Shown here in pieces: positions 20,557-31,091 of a stretch of DNA of 64,000 nucleotides (position 1 is the stretch's first letter; each line of letters opens with the position of its first letter). The DNA comes from Planctomycetota bacterium (GTDB taxonomy: Bacteria > Planctomycetota > B15-G4). The translations under genes and the position numbers were made by a program. The stretch spans positions 720,925 to 784,924 of the forward strand of contig BQJR01000001.1 in the NCBI GenBank assembly GCA_021604805.1. The letters are read 5' to 3'. A model generated the notes under the pieces. The model did no database searches. It had not been told where the DNA came from and saw only the letters and a list, made by a program, of their open reading frames with translations.

Positions 20557-22296
20557 ATGCTCGGCCCCGTCCCCCACTCTCTCGCCCGACACACGGGCCT
20601 GCTCGCCGTGCTGCTCGGAGCGCTGAGTTGTGGCGACACGCCGCGCGCCGTGTTCGAGAACGTCACCGACTCGGCGGGCCTCGACGTCGTGCTCACCTGC
20701 GGGGAGCCCGGCGCGAAAGCCACGATCCTCGAGGTGAACGGCAATGGCATCGCGCTGCTCGACGTGGACGGCGACGACGACCTCGATGTCTTCCTGGTCG
20801 ACGGCAGCACGCGCGCCCGCCTGCTCGCCGGCGAAGGCATCGCACATCACTTGTTCCTGAACGTGGGCGCAGCGCGTGGCCAGCTCCGCTTCGAACGCGC
20901 CGACGTGCAGCTGCCACTCTCGCGAGGTTGGCCCACCGGCGTGGCCGTGGCCGACGTGGACAGCGACGGCCGCCCCGACCTGCTGCTCGGTGGCCTCGGC
21001 GAAGACACCTTGTTGCTCAACCGCAGCAGCGAGGCCGGGCTGGCCTTCGAGTCACGCGCGCTGCCGCCCTCGCCGGGCAGCACGAGCTGGACCACCAGCG
21101 TGGCGCTCGCCGACGCCGACGGCGACGGCCTGCTCGACGCCTACCTCACGCGCTACCTCGACATCGACCCGGCCGATCCCCCGATCGGTGCGGTGGACGG
21201 CCTGCCTTGCCGCTTCAAGGAGCGCGGCGTGATGTGCGGCCCGCACGGTCTGCACCCACAACCCGACGTCTTCCTGCGCGGCGTCGCGTCGCCCGAGTTC
21301 TTCGTGCTCGACAGTGAGCGCAGCGACCTGCGCGTACCCACGCCGGCCTACGGACTCGGCGTGCTCTTCCAAGATCTCGACCTCGACGGCTGGCCCGACC
21401 TCTACGTGGCCAACGACTCGGTGGCCAACTTCTTGTTCCGCAACTTGGGCGACGGTCGCTTCGAGGAACGCGCGCGCGCCGCCGGCGCCGCGAACGACAG
21501 CGCGGGTCGTCCGCAAGCCGGCATGGGTGTCGACGCCGCCGATGCCGATGGCGACGGCGACCTCGACTTGATCGTGACCAACTTCTCCGAGGAGTCGAAC
21601 GCGCTCTATCGTCACGAGGGCAAGCTGCTCTACCGCGACCGCGCGATCCCCACCGGCTTGGCGGCCTCGAGTCGCGCGCTGCTCGGTTGGGGCGTGCACC
21701 TCGCCGAGCTCACCGGCGACGGCGTGGTGGACGTGTTGTTCTCGAACGGGCACGTGTACCCCGAAGCCGACGGCCCCGACACCGGCACGTCCTACGCGCA
21801 ACCGCTCGTGCTCCTGCCGGGCCTCGGTAAGGAACGCTTCGACCGCAATGCCTTCGGCGACGACAGCGCGCATCGCGGACGCGGCTCCGTGCTCGGCGAC
21901 CTCGATGGCGACGGCGACCTCGACCTGATCGCGCTCACCCTCGACGGTCGTCCGCGCGTGTACCGCAACACCACCGACGCCCCCGAGCGGCAACTGCTCG
22001 TGTCCTTGCAAGGCGCGGCCCCCGCGCATCCCGACGCACTGGGCGCGAGCCTGCGCGTGCGCACCGCGGCCGGATGGCAGGTCGTGAGTCGACGCTCGTC
22101 GTCGGGCTTCCAGAGCGTGTCCGACCCGCGCTTGCACATCGCTGGGCCGGCGCCGGTCCTCGAGGCGGAAGTCATCTGGCCGGGGGGCGCGCGCGAGTCG
22201 CTCCCTCCGGATGATCTGCGCTTCGGAAGCTGGTGTCGCGTGCGTCAGGGCGCTGGCGTGATCTCCCACGAACTCCTCGAGAAAACCACACGATGA
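20557..22296 (+). CDS. CRTAC1-like FG-GAP/ASPIC-UnbV domain lipoprotein
   Basis: Lipobox GALSC; repeated DxDGDGDxD motifs; GMGVDAADADGDGDLD; C-terminal GASLRV...GFQSVSDPRLH.G typical of ASPIC/UnbV. Confidence 0.88.
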   Translation: MLGPVPHSLARHTGLLAVLLGALSCGDTPRAVFENVTDSAGLDVVLTCGEPGAKATILEVNGNGIALLDVDGDDDLDVFLVDGSTRARLLAGEGIAHHLFLNVGAARGQLRFERADVQLPLSRGWPTGVAVADVDSDGRPDLLLGGLGEDTLLLNRSSEAGLAFESRALPPSPGSTSWTTSVALADADGDGLLDAYLTRYLDIDPADPPIGAVDGLPCRFKERGVMCGPHGLHPQPDVFLRGVASPEFFVLDSERSDLRVPTPAYGLGVLFQDLDLDGWPDLYVANDSVANFLFRNLGDGRFEERARAAGAANDSAGRPQAGMGVDAADADGDGDLDLIVTNFSEESNALYRHEGKLLYRDRAIPTGLAASSRALLGWGVHLAELTGDGVVDVLFSNGHVYPEADGPDTGTSYAQPLVLLPGLGKERFDRNAFGDDSAHRGRGSVLGDLDGDGDLDLIALTLDGRPRVYRNTTDAPERQLLVSLQGAAPAHPDALGASLRVRTAAGWQVVSRRSSSGFQSVSDPRLHIAGPAPVLEAEVIWPGGARESLPPDDLRFGSWCRVRQGAGVISHELLEKTTR

Positions 22297-23489
22297 GCAT
22301 GCCCCCCCGTCTCGCCTCACTGGCTGCGATCGCACTCGTGGGCGCTGCGCTCGCCTGCGGCGGGCCCGTGGATCCGATCAGCGTGGCGCGCTGGGATCCC
22401 TCGGAGACGGAGCATGCCTTCCCCGATGTGATCGCGGCGCTCACCGAAGGGAACGCCGCGCAAGCTGTCACACTTGCGCAGCAACGGCTCGCACGCACGT
22501 CGCCTCCCGACGGCCTGCAACACTATCTCGGCCTCGCGTTGCTCGAGACCGGCCGCGCCGAAGAAGCACGCGACGCCTTGTTGCTCGCGGTGGAACGTCA
22601 TCCCGGGAATGCCGACGCGCATCTGTTCCTCGCCGAGGCGTACTTGGAACTCGGGCAACCCGCCGACGCCGAGTCGCACCTCGACGCAGCGACCTTCCAC
22701 CTCTCCGACCTGCCGTACCTGTACCTCGTGCGCGCTCGCCTCGACTTCGACCAAGGTCGATCGAAGGAAGCGCAACTCGCTTTCGGCACGTACCTCAGCG
22801 CGGAACCGATCGGCGTGCGCGCAGCGGAAGCGCACACGAAGCTCGCGCAGCTCGCCGCAGAAGGCGGCTACGAAGACGCCCGCGCGCAACACGAAGCCAC
22901 CGCGGCGCGGCTCGTGCAATCGCACCAGTTCCTGAATGCGTACCGCGCGCGCCTCGAGCAAGACGGCAACGACGCCGACGCCTTGTTGGGCCTCGCGATG
23001 GTTCAGATCTCGTTCTACGAGAACCACGACAACCCGCTGCGCTTGCCCGAAGACATCGAGCTCAAGCTGCTCGAGTTCGCCGGTGCGGCGCTCACGCGTG
23101 CGCTCGAGATCGACCCGAGCGCCGTGAAGGCCTGGCTCAACTTGGGCTACGTCCACACGCGGCTCAAGCAGTACGACGCCGCAGCCGAGGCCTACGCGCG
23201 CCTGCTCGAGTTGCAACCCGACCACGTACCCGCCGCGCTCAACGACGCCATGCTCGCGCGCGGCAGCGGAGACCTCGAGCGCGCCCGCCAGCGCCTCGAA
23301 TCGGCGCGCCCGCACGCCACGGATCCCGAGGATCAGCTCCGCCTGCACGGCGAAGCGGCCCTGCTCGCCGAGGCCGAAGGACAGCACGCAGAGGCTCTCG
23401 CCGAGTGGCACGCGGCCCTGGGACTCGACCCAGAGGATTCGCGCATTCAGGCCGAAATCAGCCGTTTGGAAGCGTTTTCAGCGAAATGA
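22293..23489 (+). CDS. Tetratricopeptide-repeat lipoprotein (398 aa)
   Basis: ATGA overlap with the ASPIC gene; lipobox AALAC; TPR-like helices such as AHLFLAEAYLELG and AWLNLGYVHTRLKQYDAAAEAYARLLELQPDH. Confidence 0.82.
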   Translation: MSMPPRLASLAAIALVGAALACGGPVDPISVARWDPSETEHAFPDVIAALTEGNAAQAVTLAQQRLARTSPPDGLQHYLGLALLETGRAEEARDALLLAVERHPGNADAHLFLAEAYLELGQPADAESHLDAATFHLSDLPYLYLVRARLDFDQGRSKEAQLAFGTYLSAEPIGVRAAEAHTKLAQLAAEGGYEDARAQHEATAARLVQSHQFLNAYRARLEQDGNDADALLGLAMVQISFYENHDNPLRLPEDIELKLLEFAGAALTRALEIDPSAVKAWLNLGYVHTRLKQYDAAAEAYARLLELQPDHVPAALNDAMLARGSGDLERARQRLESARPHATDPEDQLRLHGEAALLAEAEGQHAEALAEWHAALGLDPEDSRIQAEISRLEAFSAK

Positions 23490-23675
23490 CGGCTCAAGGC
23501 TGAGCCGCCGGCGGGTCGAAGAGAGAGGTCACTGAATCCTGACGGGATTCGCGCACGGACCTCGGATTTCGATGATGGATCTGCCACTCTGGTCGAATCG
23601 CGGGGGCGCGGATAGACTTAGGGGCCGAAGTGGCACCACCCCGATACTTGCCACCTCATTCTCAGAGCTTGAATC

Positions 23676-25538
23676 ATGAACGCACTTGGTCTTCTTGTGC
23701 GCAGCCTCGTCCTCCTCGGACTCGGCACCGGGTTGTGCGCCCAAACCATCTCCCAGAACCGCGTCCCCATTGGGTCCATCCTCAATGCTGAGGACGAGGC
23801 GCACCGTCAGGCCCGCATTGCGATCACCGGCGATCTCGGCTTCCCGCCGCTGCCCCCGTTGCGCGCCGACAGCCCTCTGAACACGATCCTGTTCGCCGAC
23901 CGGCAACCGGTGAGTGATGCGACCGCCGGCAGCGCGTTCTCCGCGATGGGCGAGGACGAAGGTCCCGAGATGGTGAACGGCTTCCTGCCCATGGGCCCCA
24001 GCGGCACGGGCACGAGCTTCCCCGAGATCTTCAAGTACCAGCTGCCGACCTCCTACGACAGCCGCGAGCCGCCAGTGCCGCTCGTGGTCGCGTACCACGG
24101 CTTCGGGGGTTCGGCCAACTCAGTCGCCGCGTCGAGCCTGCTCGAAGAAGAGTGCGAAGCGCGTGGCTGGATCTACATGGCCCCCACTGGGATCGACGAT
24201 CAGCTCTTCGGTTCCCCGGTGTCGCAACAGAACACCGAAGCCGCGATCCAGTTCATGATCGACAGCTTCACCGTGGACCCCGAGCGCATCTACGCCGTGG
24301 GTTTCTCGATGGGCGCTGGCGTGCTCACCAACTTCGCCGCGCGCCGTCGCGACCCCGACGGTGTGATGATCGCCGCGCTGGGTCTCGTGAGCGGCACCTA
24401 CGACTGGACCTTCTCGCACGCCGACGGCACCTCGGTGCTGCAAGAGTGGCTCGAGAACCAATACAACTTCAGCGGTCCGCCCAGCACGCACGCGTTCAAC
24501 TACAACCAATCGAGCGGTGTGCACTTCGACCCGCTGACCTACCCGCCGTCCTCGTACTTGGCTGTCCCCGAGCTGTCGATGGCCGCCAACCTGGCGGACC
24601 TCCCGGTCTACATGACCTACGACAGCGGCGACACGATCCCGCACGTGCCGGGCCAGAACGACTCGCTCGAGACCTTCCTGATCGCACAGGGCGCCAGCGT
24701 CACGAAGACCGTCGTGAGCGGCAGCCCGGTCACGCACTCCTGGGGAATCCTCGACGAGGTCGACCTGCTCGACTTCTTCGACGGCAAGACTGCGGTGCGT
24801 GAGCCGGCCGACTTCGAAGCCTTGCAAGACCTGGGCGGCGGCGTGTCTTGGGCCACGAGCACGCAACGCAACTCGGGCGCCTTCACCGTGCTCGAAGGCA
24901 GCGCCGACACGCTCACCGACTCGATCGCCGTCACCGACGTGGAGAACGCGACCTCGGTCGTCATCGACGTGAGCGCCGCTGCTGTGGGCGACAGTTTCCC
25001 GCTGCGCCTCGACCTCAGCTCGGCCGACATCGACGGCTTCCAAGTCACGCTCACCGGCTTCGACGAGCGCCCCTCGTACATCGTCGAGGCGGGCACGAAC
25101 ACCGTGCTGCCGGGCGTCGACTCCGACCCCTTCAACAATGCGCTGATCTTCGATGTCGACGGCAACGAGACGCTCTCGCTCGATGTGCTGCGCAACGCCG
25201 ACTGGACGACCACGTTGAGCAGCGCGCCGAACCCGGCCCCGCTGCCCGGCGCGACCACGATCACGATCGACGCCCCGGACACCACGGGCTACGCCTTCAT
25301 GATCCTGGCGATCTCCGAGCAGGTCTACACGGCCAAGGGCGTCACGCTCGTGGCGCTCGCGATGCCGCCCGCGATCATCCTCCAGTTCACGCTCAACGCT
25401 TCGGGCGATCGGGCCTTCAGCGCGAGTGTCCCCAACGACCCGATGCTGAGCGGCCTGCGCATGCCCACCCAGGTGATCGCGCTCAACGGCTCGCTCGCTG
25501 AATCGGTGAGCAACGTGTGGGGCTTCCGCATCCAGTAA
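23676..25538 (+). CDS. Secreted alpha/beta-hydrolase (PHB-depolymerase/LpqC-like esterase) with a C-terminal beta domain, paralog A
   Basis: Signal peptide; PLVVAYHGFGGS; nucleophile elbow IYAVGFSMGAG; DSGD and HSW as candidate Asp and His. Confidence 0.78.
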   Translation: MNALGLLVRSLVLLGLGTGLCAQTISQNRVPIGSILNAEDEAHRQARIAITGDLGFPPLPPLRADSPLNTILFADRQPVSDATAGSAFSAMGEDEGPEMVNGFLPMGPSGTGTSFPEIFKYQLPTSYDSREPPVPLVVAYHGFGGSANSVAASSLLEEECEARGWIYMAPTGIDDQLFGSPVSQQNTEAAIQFMIDSFTVDPERIYAVGFSMGAGVLTNFAARRRDPDGVMIAALGLVSGTYDWTFSHADGTSVLQEWLENQYNFSGPPSTHAFNYNQSSGVHFDPLTYPPSSYLAVPELSMAANLADLPVYMTYDSGDTIPHVPGQNDSLETFLIAQGASVTKTVVSGSPVTHSWGILDEVDLLDFFDGKTAVREPADFEALQDLGGGVSWATSTQRNSGAFTVLEGSADTLTDSIAVTDVENATSVVIDVSAAAVGDSFPLRLDLSSADIDGFQVTLTGFDERPSYIVEAGTNTVLPGVDSDPFNNALIFDVDGNETLSLDVLRNADWTTTLSSAPNPAPLPGATTITIDAPDTTGYAFMILAISEQVYTAKGVTLVALAMPPAIILQFTLNASGDRAFSASVPNDPMLSGLRMPTQVIALNGSLAESVSNVWGFRIQ

Positions 25539-25580
25539 GCTGGACGACCGCAGCACGAACAGCACCGGTCGAGTTCCAGC

Positions 25581-25594
25581 GCCCCTTCGGGGGT
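25581..25594 (+). promoter_or_regulatory. Small C(UUCG)G tetraloop hairpin upstream of the RluA-family ribosome-binding site
   Basis: GCCCC-TTCG-GGGGT immediately 5' of AGAAAGG and TTG 25613. Confidence 0.3.
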
Positions 25595-25612
25595 CAGAAA
25601 GGCGAGCTTCCG

Positions 25613-26638
25613 TTGAAGCCCAAGCAGCGCCCTACGTCACCCGCTGGAGATCCTCCCGCGGGTGACGACGCGTCCTTCGACGATCTCGACTTCGAGATCG
25701 TGGAGGCCAGCCACGAAGTCGGTCGCGAGCACAACGGCAGCTCGCTGCTCGATGCGCTCGACGCGATCTGGGGCCCCGTCGACCGGCAACGTGTCCACGC
25801 CGCCACGCGCCAAGCCAAGCTGCGGCTGAACGGCGAGACGGCGGGCCCGTCGGTCACGCTGCGCAGCGGTGACCTCATCGAGCTGCTCTTGCCGGCCGAC
25901 CAACTCCAGCGTCGCGCCAGCGAACGGACCCCGATCCTGTTCCAGAACGACGAGCTGCTCGTGGCGGCGAAACCCGCTGGCCTCCCCTTCGATGCAGGTC
26001 GCGCCCGTTCTGGCAGCTCGGCTGTGGAACGCCTGGCCAGCAAGCTGCCCAAGGAGCGTCGCCCGCACGCTGTGCATCGCCTCGACAAGGAGACCTCGGG
26101 CGTGGTCGTGCTCGCCTTGGGCCGTCAAGCCGAACGCGATTTGCAGGCTGCACTCCAGGCGAGCGAAGCCTGGATCGAGTACTTGGCCGTGATTCGTTGG
26201 CCGCCGCCCGAGGACGAAGGCGTCATCGACGTTCCCCTGCTCCACGGCCGGCGCAGCGACCAGCGCCTCAGCCCCGACCCGGACCACGGCCGCCCCGCCT
26301 GCACACACTGGACGATCACCGAGCGGCTCGGGGACTTCGCGGTGTTGAACGTCCGCCCCGAGGGTGGGCGCAGTCGACAGGTGCGCGCGCACCTGGCCGC
26401 CCTGGGTCATCCCGTTGTGGGAGACTTCACCCACGGCGAAGACTCGCGCGTGATGCTCAGCCAGCTCAAGGTGGGCTACAAGGCCAAGCGCGGGCGACCT
26501 GAACGCCCGCTGCTCGAGCGCCCCGCCTTGCACGCGGCCCGGTTCGTCGATCCGCGCAACGACCGCGTGGTCGAGGCGCCGCTTCCGCGTGACCTCGAGG
26601 TCTTGCTGGCTCAACTGCGCCGGCTTGCCCCGACCTGA
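25613..26638 (+). CDS. RluA/RluD-family RNA pseudouridine synthase with an S4-like N-terminus (341 aa)
   Basis: LVAAKPAGL, catalytic VHRLDKETSG, GRSRQVRAHL..LGHPVVGD and PALHA. TTG start after AGAAAGG. Confidence 0.9.
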   Translation: MKPKQRPTSPAGDPPAGDDASFDDLDFEIVEASHEVGREHNGSSLLDALDAIWGPVDRQRVHAATRQAKLRLNGETAGPSVTLRSGDLIELLLPADQLQRRASERTPILFQNDELLVAAKPAGLPFDAGRARSGSSAVERLASKLPKERRPHAVHRLDKETSGVVVLALGRQAERDLQAALQASEAWIEYLAVIRWPPPEDEGVIDVPLLHGRRSDQRLSPDPDHGRPACTHWTITERLGDFAVLNVRPEGGRSRQVRAHLAALGHPVVGDFTHGEDSRVMLSQLKVGYKAKRGRPERPLLERPALHAARFVDPRNDRVVEAPLPRDLEVLLAQLRRLAPT

Positions 26639-26789
26639 GGGTCGCGCGGGAAGTCGCACGTTCGATGAAGCTCGGATACACTTTCGCCGAGCTGTCGAGG
26701 CTTCGTGCCCGCTGCGGAATGCGAGCGTCTCCCGAAAAGAGGCTCGCGGCCGACGTCCACCACTGACGACCCACCAGGGAACCATCCTG

Positions 26790-28661
26790 ATGCTTCGCAC
26801 CACCTTTGTGACGCTGTGCGCTGCGCTGCTCTGCGCGCCGAGCTTCGGTCAGACCACACCCCGCTTCGAGGGTGTTCGCGTACTCCAGCTCAGCCCGGAG
26901 GAGCGCGCGGCGCTCGATCGTGAGCGCGCGCAGGACAACGCGCTCGGCACGGCCGCCCTGCCGGAGGCAACACTCGACAGCCCGCGCGACTCGATCCTCT
27001 TCGCCGACCGCCTCCCGTTCACGCCCGACAGCCCGGTGCACGCGAGCGCTGCGGGCGCCACGCCCACCCTGAACACCGTGCTCATGCCGGCAGGCCCCGG
27101 CGGCACCGGCACCGCCAAGACCGAGCTGTTCCACTACCAGATTCCCTCGAGTTACGACCCTGAAGGCGCGCCGGTCCCGCTCGTGATGGGCTACCACGGC
27201 TTCGGCGCCTCGGCCAACAGCGTGCTCGTGCAGAGCCAACTCGAAGAGGAGTGCGAAGCGCGCGGCTGGTTGTTCGTCACGCCCACGGGCTACGACGACA
27301 AGCTCTTCGCCTCGCTCATCTCCCAGCAACACGTGGAAGCCGTATTCGACTGGATGATCGATCAGCACAACATCGACGAAGAACGCATCTACATGGTGGG
27401 CTTCTCGATGGGCGGCGGCTACGTCACCAACTTTGCCGCGCGCCACCGCGATCCCGAAGGCTTGATGATCGCGGCCGTGGGCACCGTGTCGGCCGCGCTC
27501 GACTGGACGCTGCTCTACGCCACGAGCGGGCAAACGGTGAAGCTGCTGATGAACCTGCCTGAGAACTTCGGCGGTTCCCCCACACAGAACTCCTTCGGCT
27601 ACCTGCAATCGAGCGGGCTGCATTACATGCCGATGTCCTACCCGCCCCTGCCGGGTGACATCTTCGAGCTCTACTCGATGGCGCGGAACAACACGCACCT
27701 GCCCGTCTACCAGACCTACGACAGCGGCGACACGCTGCCGTTGATCGTGCCGGAGAACGAGGACCTCTTCCCGCTGCTCAATGCGCAAGCGCCGATGGTC
27801 GTGCAAACCGTGGTGAGTGGAACGGTCGACGGCGAGGGCCTGCCCGCCGAGCACAGCTGGAACGTGCTCGACGAAGTCGCGCTCTTCGACTTCTTCGCGC
27901 CGCACAGCGCCGAGCGCTTCCCGCAAGACTTTCACGCGATGATCGACACGAACACCGACGTGTCGTGGCTCAGTGTCGTCCGTCGCGGGCCGAACAAGTT
28001 CGTGCACGTCGTGGCGGAGGCCGACGAGCTGGCGCGGACCCTCAGCCTCGACCAGCTCTACGGAGCCGCCGAAGTCACCATCGACGCCGGGCACGCCGGG
28101 CTCAGCGGTAGCGACCCGATCCGGGTCGACCTCTCGGTGGGCGACGTCGGCGCCCAGCGCTTCATCCTGCGCGGCTTCGACACCCGTCCGAGTTACCTGC
28201 TCGACGCCGTGTCCGCCGAGTTGATCGAGGACGTGGCGAGCAACCCGCTCGACGACAGCCTGGTCCTCACGATCACCGGCCCCGTCGATCTCAGCTTCGA
28301 CGTGATCCAGGACCCCGACTGGGTCGACACGCTCACCAGCAGCCCGAACCCGGTGCAGATCGACAATGTGGCCACCGTGGACATCGACGGCCCCGAGACC
28401 GCCACGTCGATCTTCCTGATCATCGCCTTCGAGGAGCAGCTCTACAGCGCCAAGGGCGTGAAGCTCGGCGCGCTCGCGGTGCCGCCCGCCACGATCAAGC
28501 TGTTCAGCAATCCCGGCCCGGGCGGCGACCTGAGCCTTCCGGCCGCCATCCCGAACGACGTGAACCTCCAAGGCCTGCGCCTCCCGCTGCAGAGCGGATC
28601 CCTGGGGGCTGGTGGCGAAGTCTTGGGGGTGAGCAACCTCTGGGGCGTGCTGATCAAGTAA
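26790..28661 (+). CDS. Secreted alpha/beta-hydrolase (esterase), paralog B (623 aa)
   Basis: Signal peptide MLRTTFVTLCAALLCAPSFG; PLVMGYHGFGAS, IYMVGFSMGGG, DSGD and HSW. Colinear with 23676-25538. Confidence 0.78.
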   Translation: MLRTTFVTLCAALLCAPSFGQTTPRFEGVRVLQLSPEERAALDRERAQDNALGTAALPEATLDSPRDSILFADRLPFTPDSPVHASAAGATPTLNTVLMPAGPGGTGTAKTELFHYQIPSSYDPEGAPVPLVMGYHGFGASANSVLVQSQLEEECEARGWLFVTPTGYDDKLFASLISQQHVEAVFDWMIDQHNIDEERIYMVGFSMGGGYVTNFAARHRDPEGLMIAAVGTVSAALDWTLLYATSGQTVKLLMNLPENFGGSPTQNSFGYLQSSGLHYMPMSYPPLPGDIFELYSMARNNTHLPVYQTYDSGDTLPLIVPENEDLFPLLNAQAPMVVQTVVSGTVDGEGLPAEHSWNVLDEVALFDFFAPHSAERFPQDFHAMIDTNTDVSWLSVVRRGPNKFVHVVAEADELARTLSLDQLYGAAEVTIDAGHAGLSGSDPIRVDLSVGDVGAQRFILRGFDTRPSYLLDAVSAELIEDVASNPLDDSLVLTITGPVDLSFDVIQDPDWVDTLTSSPNPVQIDNVATVDIDGPETATSIFLIIAFEEQLYSAKGVKLGALAVPPATIKLFSNPGPGGDLSLPAAIPNDVNLQGLRLPLQSGSLGAGGEVLGVSNLWGVLIK

Positions 28662-28700
28662 CCACCGCTCGAGTCACCACGGCTCGAGCTCAGCTGCGGG

Positions 28701-28730
28701 TTGCGCCGGCAGGGCGCAGCTCGCTAACAT
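28701..28730 (+). promoter_or_regulatory. Putative sigma70 promoter of rpmH-ygiQ, TTGCGC-N18-TAACAT
   Basis: Hexamers at 28701-28706 and 28725-28730, 60 nt before the rpmH ATG. Confidence 0.5.
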
Positions 28731-28790
28731 GCTCCGTTCCATCGTGGCCTGCAGGCCCGGCGTCACCGTTCGTCTCCGAAAGACCTTGTC

Positions 28791-28916
28791 ATGAAGATCA
28801 GAACGCGCAACAGCAACGTGAAGCGCTCGCGCAAGACGGGCTTCCGCACGCGCATGAAGACCGCCAGCGGCCGCAACATCATCCGCCGCCGTCGTGCGCG
28901 GGGTCGCAGCCTCTAA
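28791..28916 (+). CDS. rpmH: 50S ribosomal protein L34 (41 aa; absent from the ORF track)
   Basis: Manual translation [41 protein letters not shown] contains the L34 signature KR.R..GFR.RM.T..GR.I..RRR..GR. Confidence 0.93.
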   Translation: MKIRTRNSNVKRSRKTGFRTRMKTASGRNIIRRRRARGRSL

Positions 28917-28929
28917 GACCCCTGCTCTC

Positions 28930-30999
28930 ATGAGCACCCCCACGCCGCTGCCCATGACGCGCGCCGAGTTGCGCGCCCGCGGCTGGGATGAAGTCGACGT
29001 CATCCTGATCTCGGGTGACGCGTACGTGGACCACGCGTCCTTCGCCGCGGCTCTGATCGGCCGCGCGCTCGAGTCGGCCGGCTTCCGCGTGGCGATCCTG
29101 GCGCAGCCCGACTGGCGCAGCGTCGACGCGTTCCGCTCGCTGGGGCGCCCGCGCCTGTGTTTCGGCGTCACCGCCGGCAACATGGACTCGATGCTCAACC
29201 ACTACACGGCCAATCGTCGGCCGCGAAGTGACGACGCCTACTCACCCGACGGCGCCGCCGGTCATCGCCCCGACCGCGCCACGAACGTGTACGCGCAGCG
29301 CTGCCGCGAGGCCTTCCGAGGCGTGCCCGTGATCGCGGGTGGCGTGGAAGCCTCGCTGCGCCGCGTGGCGCACTACGACTACTGGTCCGACATGGTGCGC
29401 CCGTCGATCCTGGTGTCGAGCAAGGCCGACCTCGTGGTCTTCGGCATGGGCGAGCGCGCCATCGTGGAGATCTGCAACCGCTTGCGCGACGGGGAATCAC
29501 CGCGTGAGTTGCGCGACATCCGCGGCACCGCCTACCTGCTCGGCAAGAACGACGCGCTGCCCGCCTTCGCCGAGCGCATGCGCGCCGAGGGCACTCCCGA
29601 CCCGAGCGCGAGTTCCGACGACGGCCCCGACGCAGCCACCGTGGAACTCCCCAGCTTCGAGACCGTGCGCGACGACAAGTGCGCCTTCTCCATCGCCACC
29701 CGCTGGATCCACCGCGAGACGAACCCTTTCAACGCACGCCGCCTCGTGCAGCGTCACGGCGAGCGGCTCGTGGTGCAGAACCCACCGAGCCTGCCGCTCG
29801 ACACCGAACAGATGGACGCGCTCTACGACGCCGCCTTCACGCGCGCGCGTCATCCGAGCTACGGCGAGCGACGCATCCCCGCCGAGGACATGATCGCCAA
29901 CAGCGTCACGATCATGCGCGGCTGCTTCGGCGGCTGCAGCTTCTGCTCGATCACCACGCACCAAGGTCGCGTGATCCAGTCGCGCAGCCAGGAGTCGGTG
30001 ATCAAAGAGGTCGACGCCGTGGCCGCCGACGAGCGCTTCTCCGGCGTGGTCAGCGACCTCGGCGGCCCCACGGCGAACATGTACAAGATGCGCTGCACGT
30101 CGCCGGACACCGAGGCCAAGTGCCGGCGCTTGTCCTGCGTGCACCCGAGCATCTGCAAGCACCTCGGCACCGATCACGCGCCCACCATCGACCTGTTGAA
30201 AGCCGCGCGCGAACGCCCTGGCATCCGTCACGTGCACGTGGCGTCCGGCGTGCGCATGGACCTCGCCGAGCGCTCGCCCGAGTACCTGGCCGAGATGGCG
30301 GCGCATCACGTGAGCGGTCATCTCAAGGTGGCGCCGGAACACGTGTCGGAGCGCGTGCTCAAGGTGATGAAGAAGCCCGAGCAGGCCAGCTTCGAGCGCT
30401 TCGCGGAAGCCTTCGGCAAGGCCAGCGAAGCCGCGGGCAAGGAACAGTACCTCGTGCCCTACTTCATCGCCGGACACCCGGGCAGCGATCTCGACGCGAT
30501 GATCGAGTTGGCCGAGTTCCTCAAAGGCGCCGGCTACAAGCCGCGTCAGGTGCAAGACTTCGTGCCCGCGCCGATGGACCTGGCCACGAGCATCTTCCAC
30601 ACCGGCCTCGACCCGCACACGCTGCAGCCCACGCCCGTGGCGCGCAAGCTGCGTGACCGCAAACAGCAGCGCGCGCTCATGCAGTTCTTCAAGCCCGAGA
30701 ACTGGTTCGAGGTGCACGACGCGCTGGTCAAAGCCAAGCGTCGCGACCTGATCGGACACGGTCCGCAATGCCTGATCCGCCCCGAGCCTCCCAAGCAGGC
30801 GCTCGCCGCACGCGCCGCCAAGCGCAGCGGCGAACTCGATCGCTATGTGCACGAGGAGGACGCGCTGGGACCGCGCGCGTCGCGGGGCAAAGCCGGCTCG
30901 CGCGGCAGCTCCGGTCCCCGGGGCCACGCTGGCGCGCACGGCACGACGAGCCCACGCCCCAAGAAGGCTTCGCGCCGACGGGGTGGGCCACGGCGCTAG
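28930..30999 (+). CDS. ygiQ: YgiQ family (UPF0313) radical SAM protein (689 aa)
   Basis: [37 protein letters not shown], CxxxCxxC in [22 protein letters not shown] and PYFIAGHPG. Confidence 0.93.
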   Translation: MSTPTPLPMTRAELRARGWDEVDVILISGDAYVDHASFAAALIGRALESAGFRVAILAQPDWRSVDAFRSLGRPRLCFGVTAGNMDSMLNHYTANRRPRSDDAYSPDGAAGHRPDRATNVYAQRCREAFRGVPVIAGGVEASLRRVAHYDYWSDMVRPSILVSSKADLVVFGMGERAIVEICNRLRDGESPRELRDIRGTAYLLGKNDALPAFAERMRAEGTPDPSASSDDGPDAATVELPSFETVRDDKCAFSIATRWIHRETNPFNARRLVQRHGERLVVQNPPSLPLDTEQMDALYDAAFTRARHPSYGERRIPAEDMIANSVTIMRGCFGGCSFCSITTHQGRVIQSRSQESVIKEVDAVAADERFSGVVSDLGGPTANMYKMRCTSPDTEAKCRRLSCVHPSICKHLGTDHAPTIDLLKAARERPGIRHVHVASGVRMDLAERSPEYLAEMAAHHVSGHLKVAPEHVSERVLKVMKKPEQASFERFAEAFGKASEAAGKEQYLVPYFIAGHPGSDLDAMIELAEFLKGAGYKPRQVQDFVPAPMDLATSIFHTGLDPHTLQPTPVARKLRDRKQQRALMQFFKPENWFEVHDALVKAKRRDLIGHGPQCLIRPEPPKQALAARAAKRSGELDRYVHEEDALGPRASRGKAGSRGSSGPRGHAGAHGTTSPRPKKASRRRGGPRR

Positions 31000-31091
31000 A
31001 CGCTCCCCCGCGTCTCCGACTAGTCTGTGAAGTCGACCCGCAGATCGCCGTCACCCACACCGTGGCGCGCAACCTTTCCGGAGCACGCACG

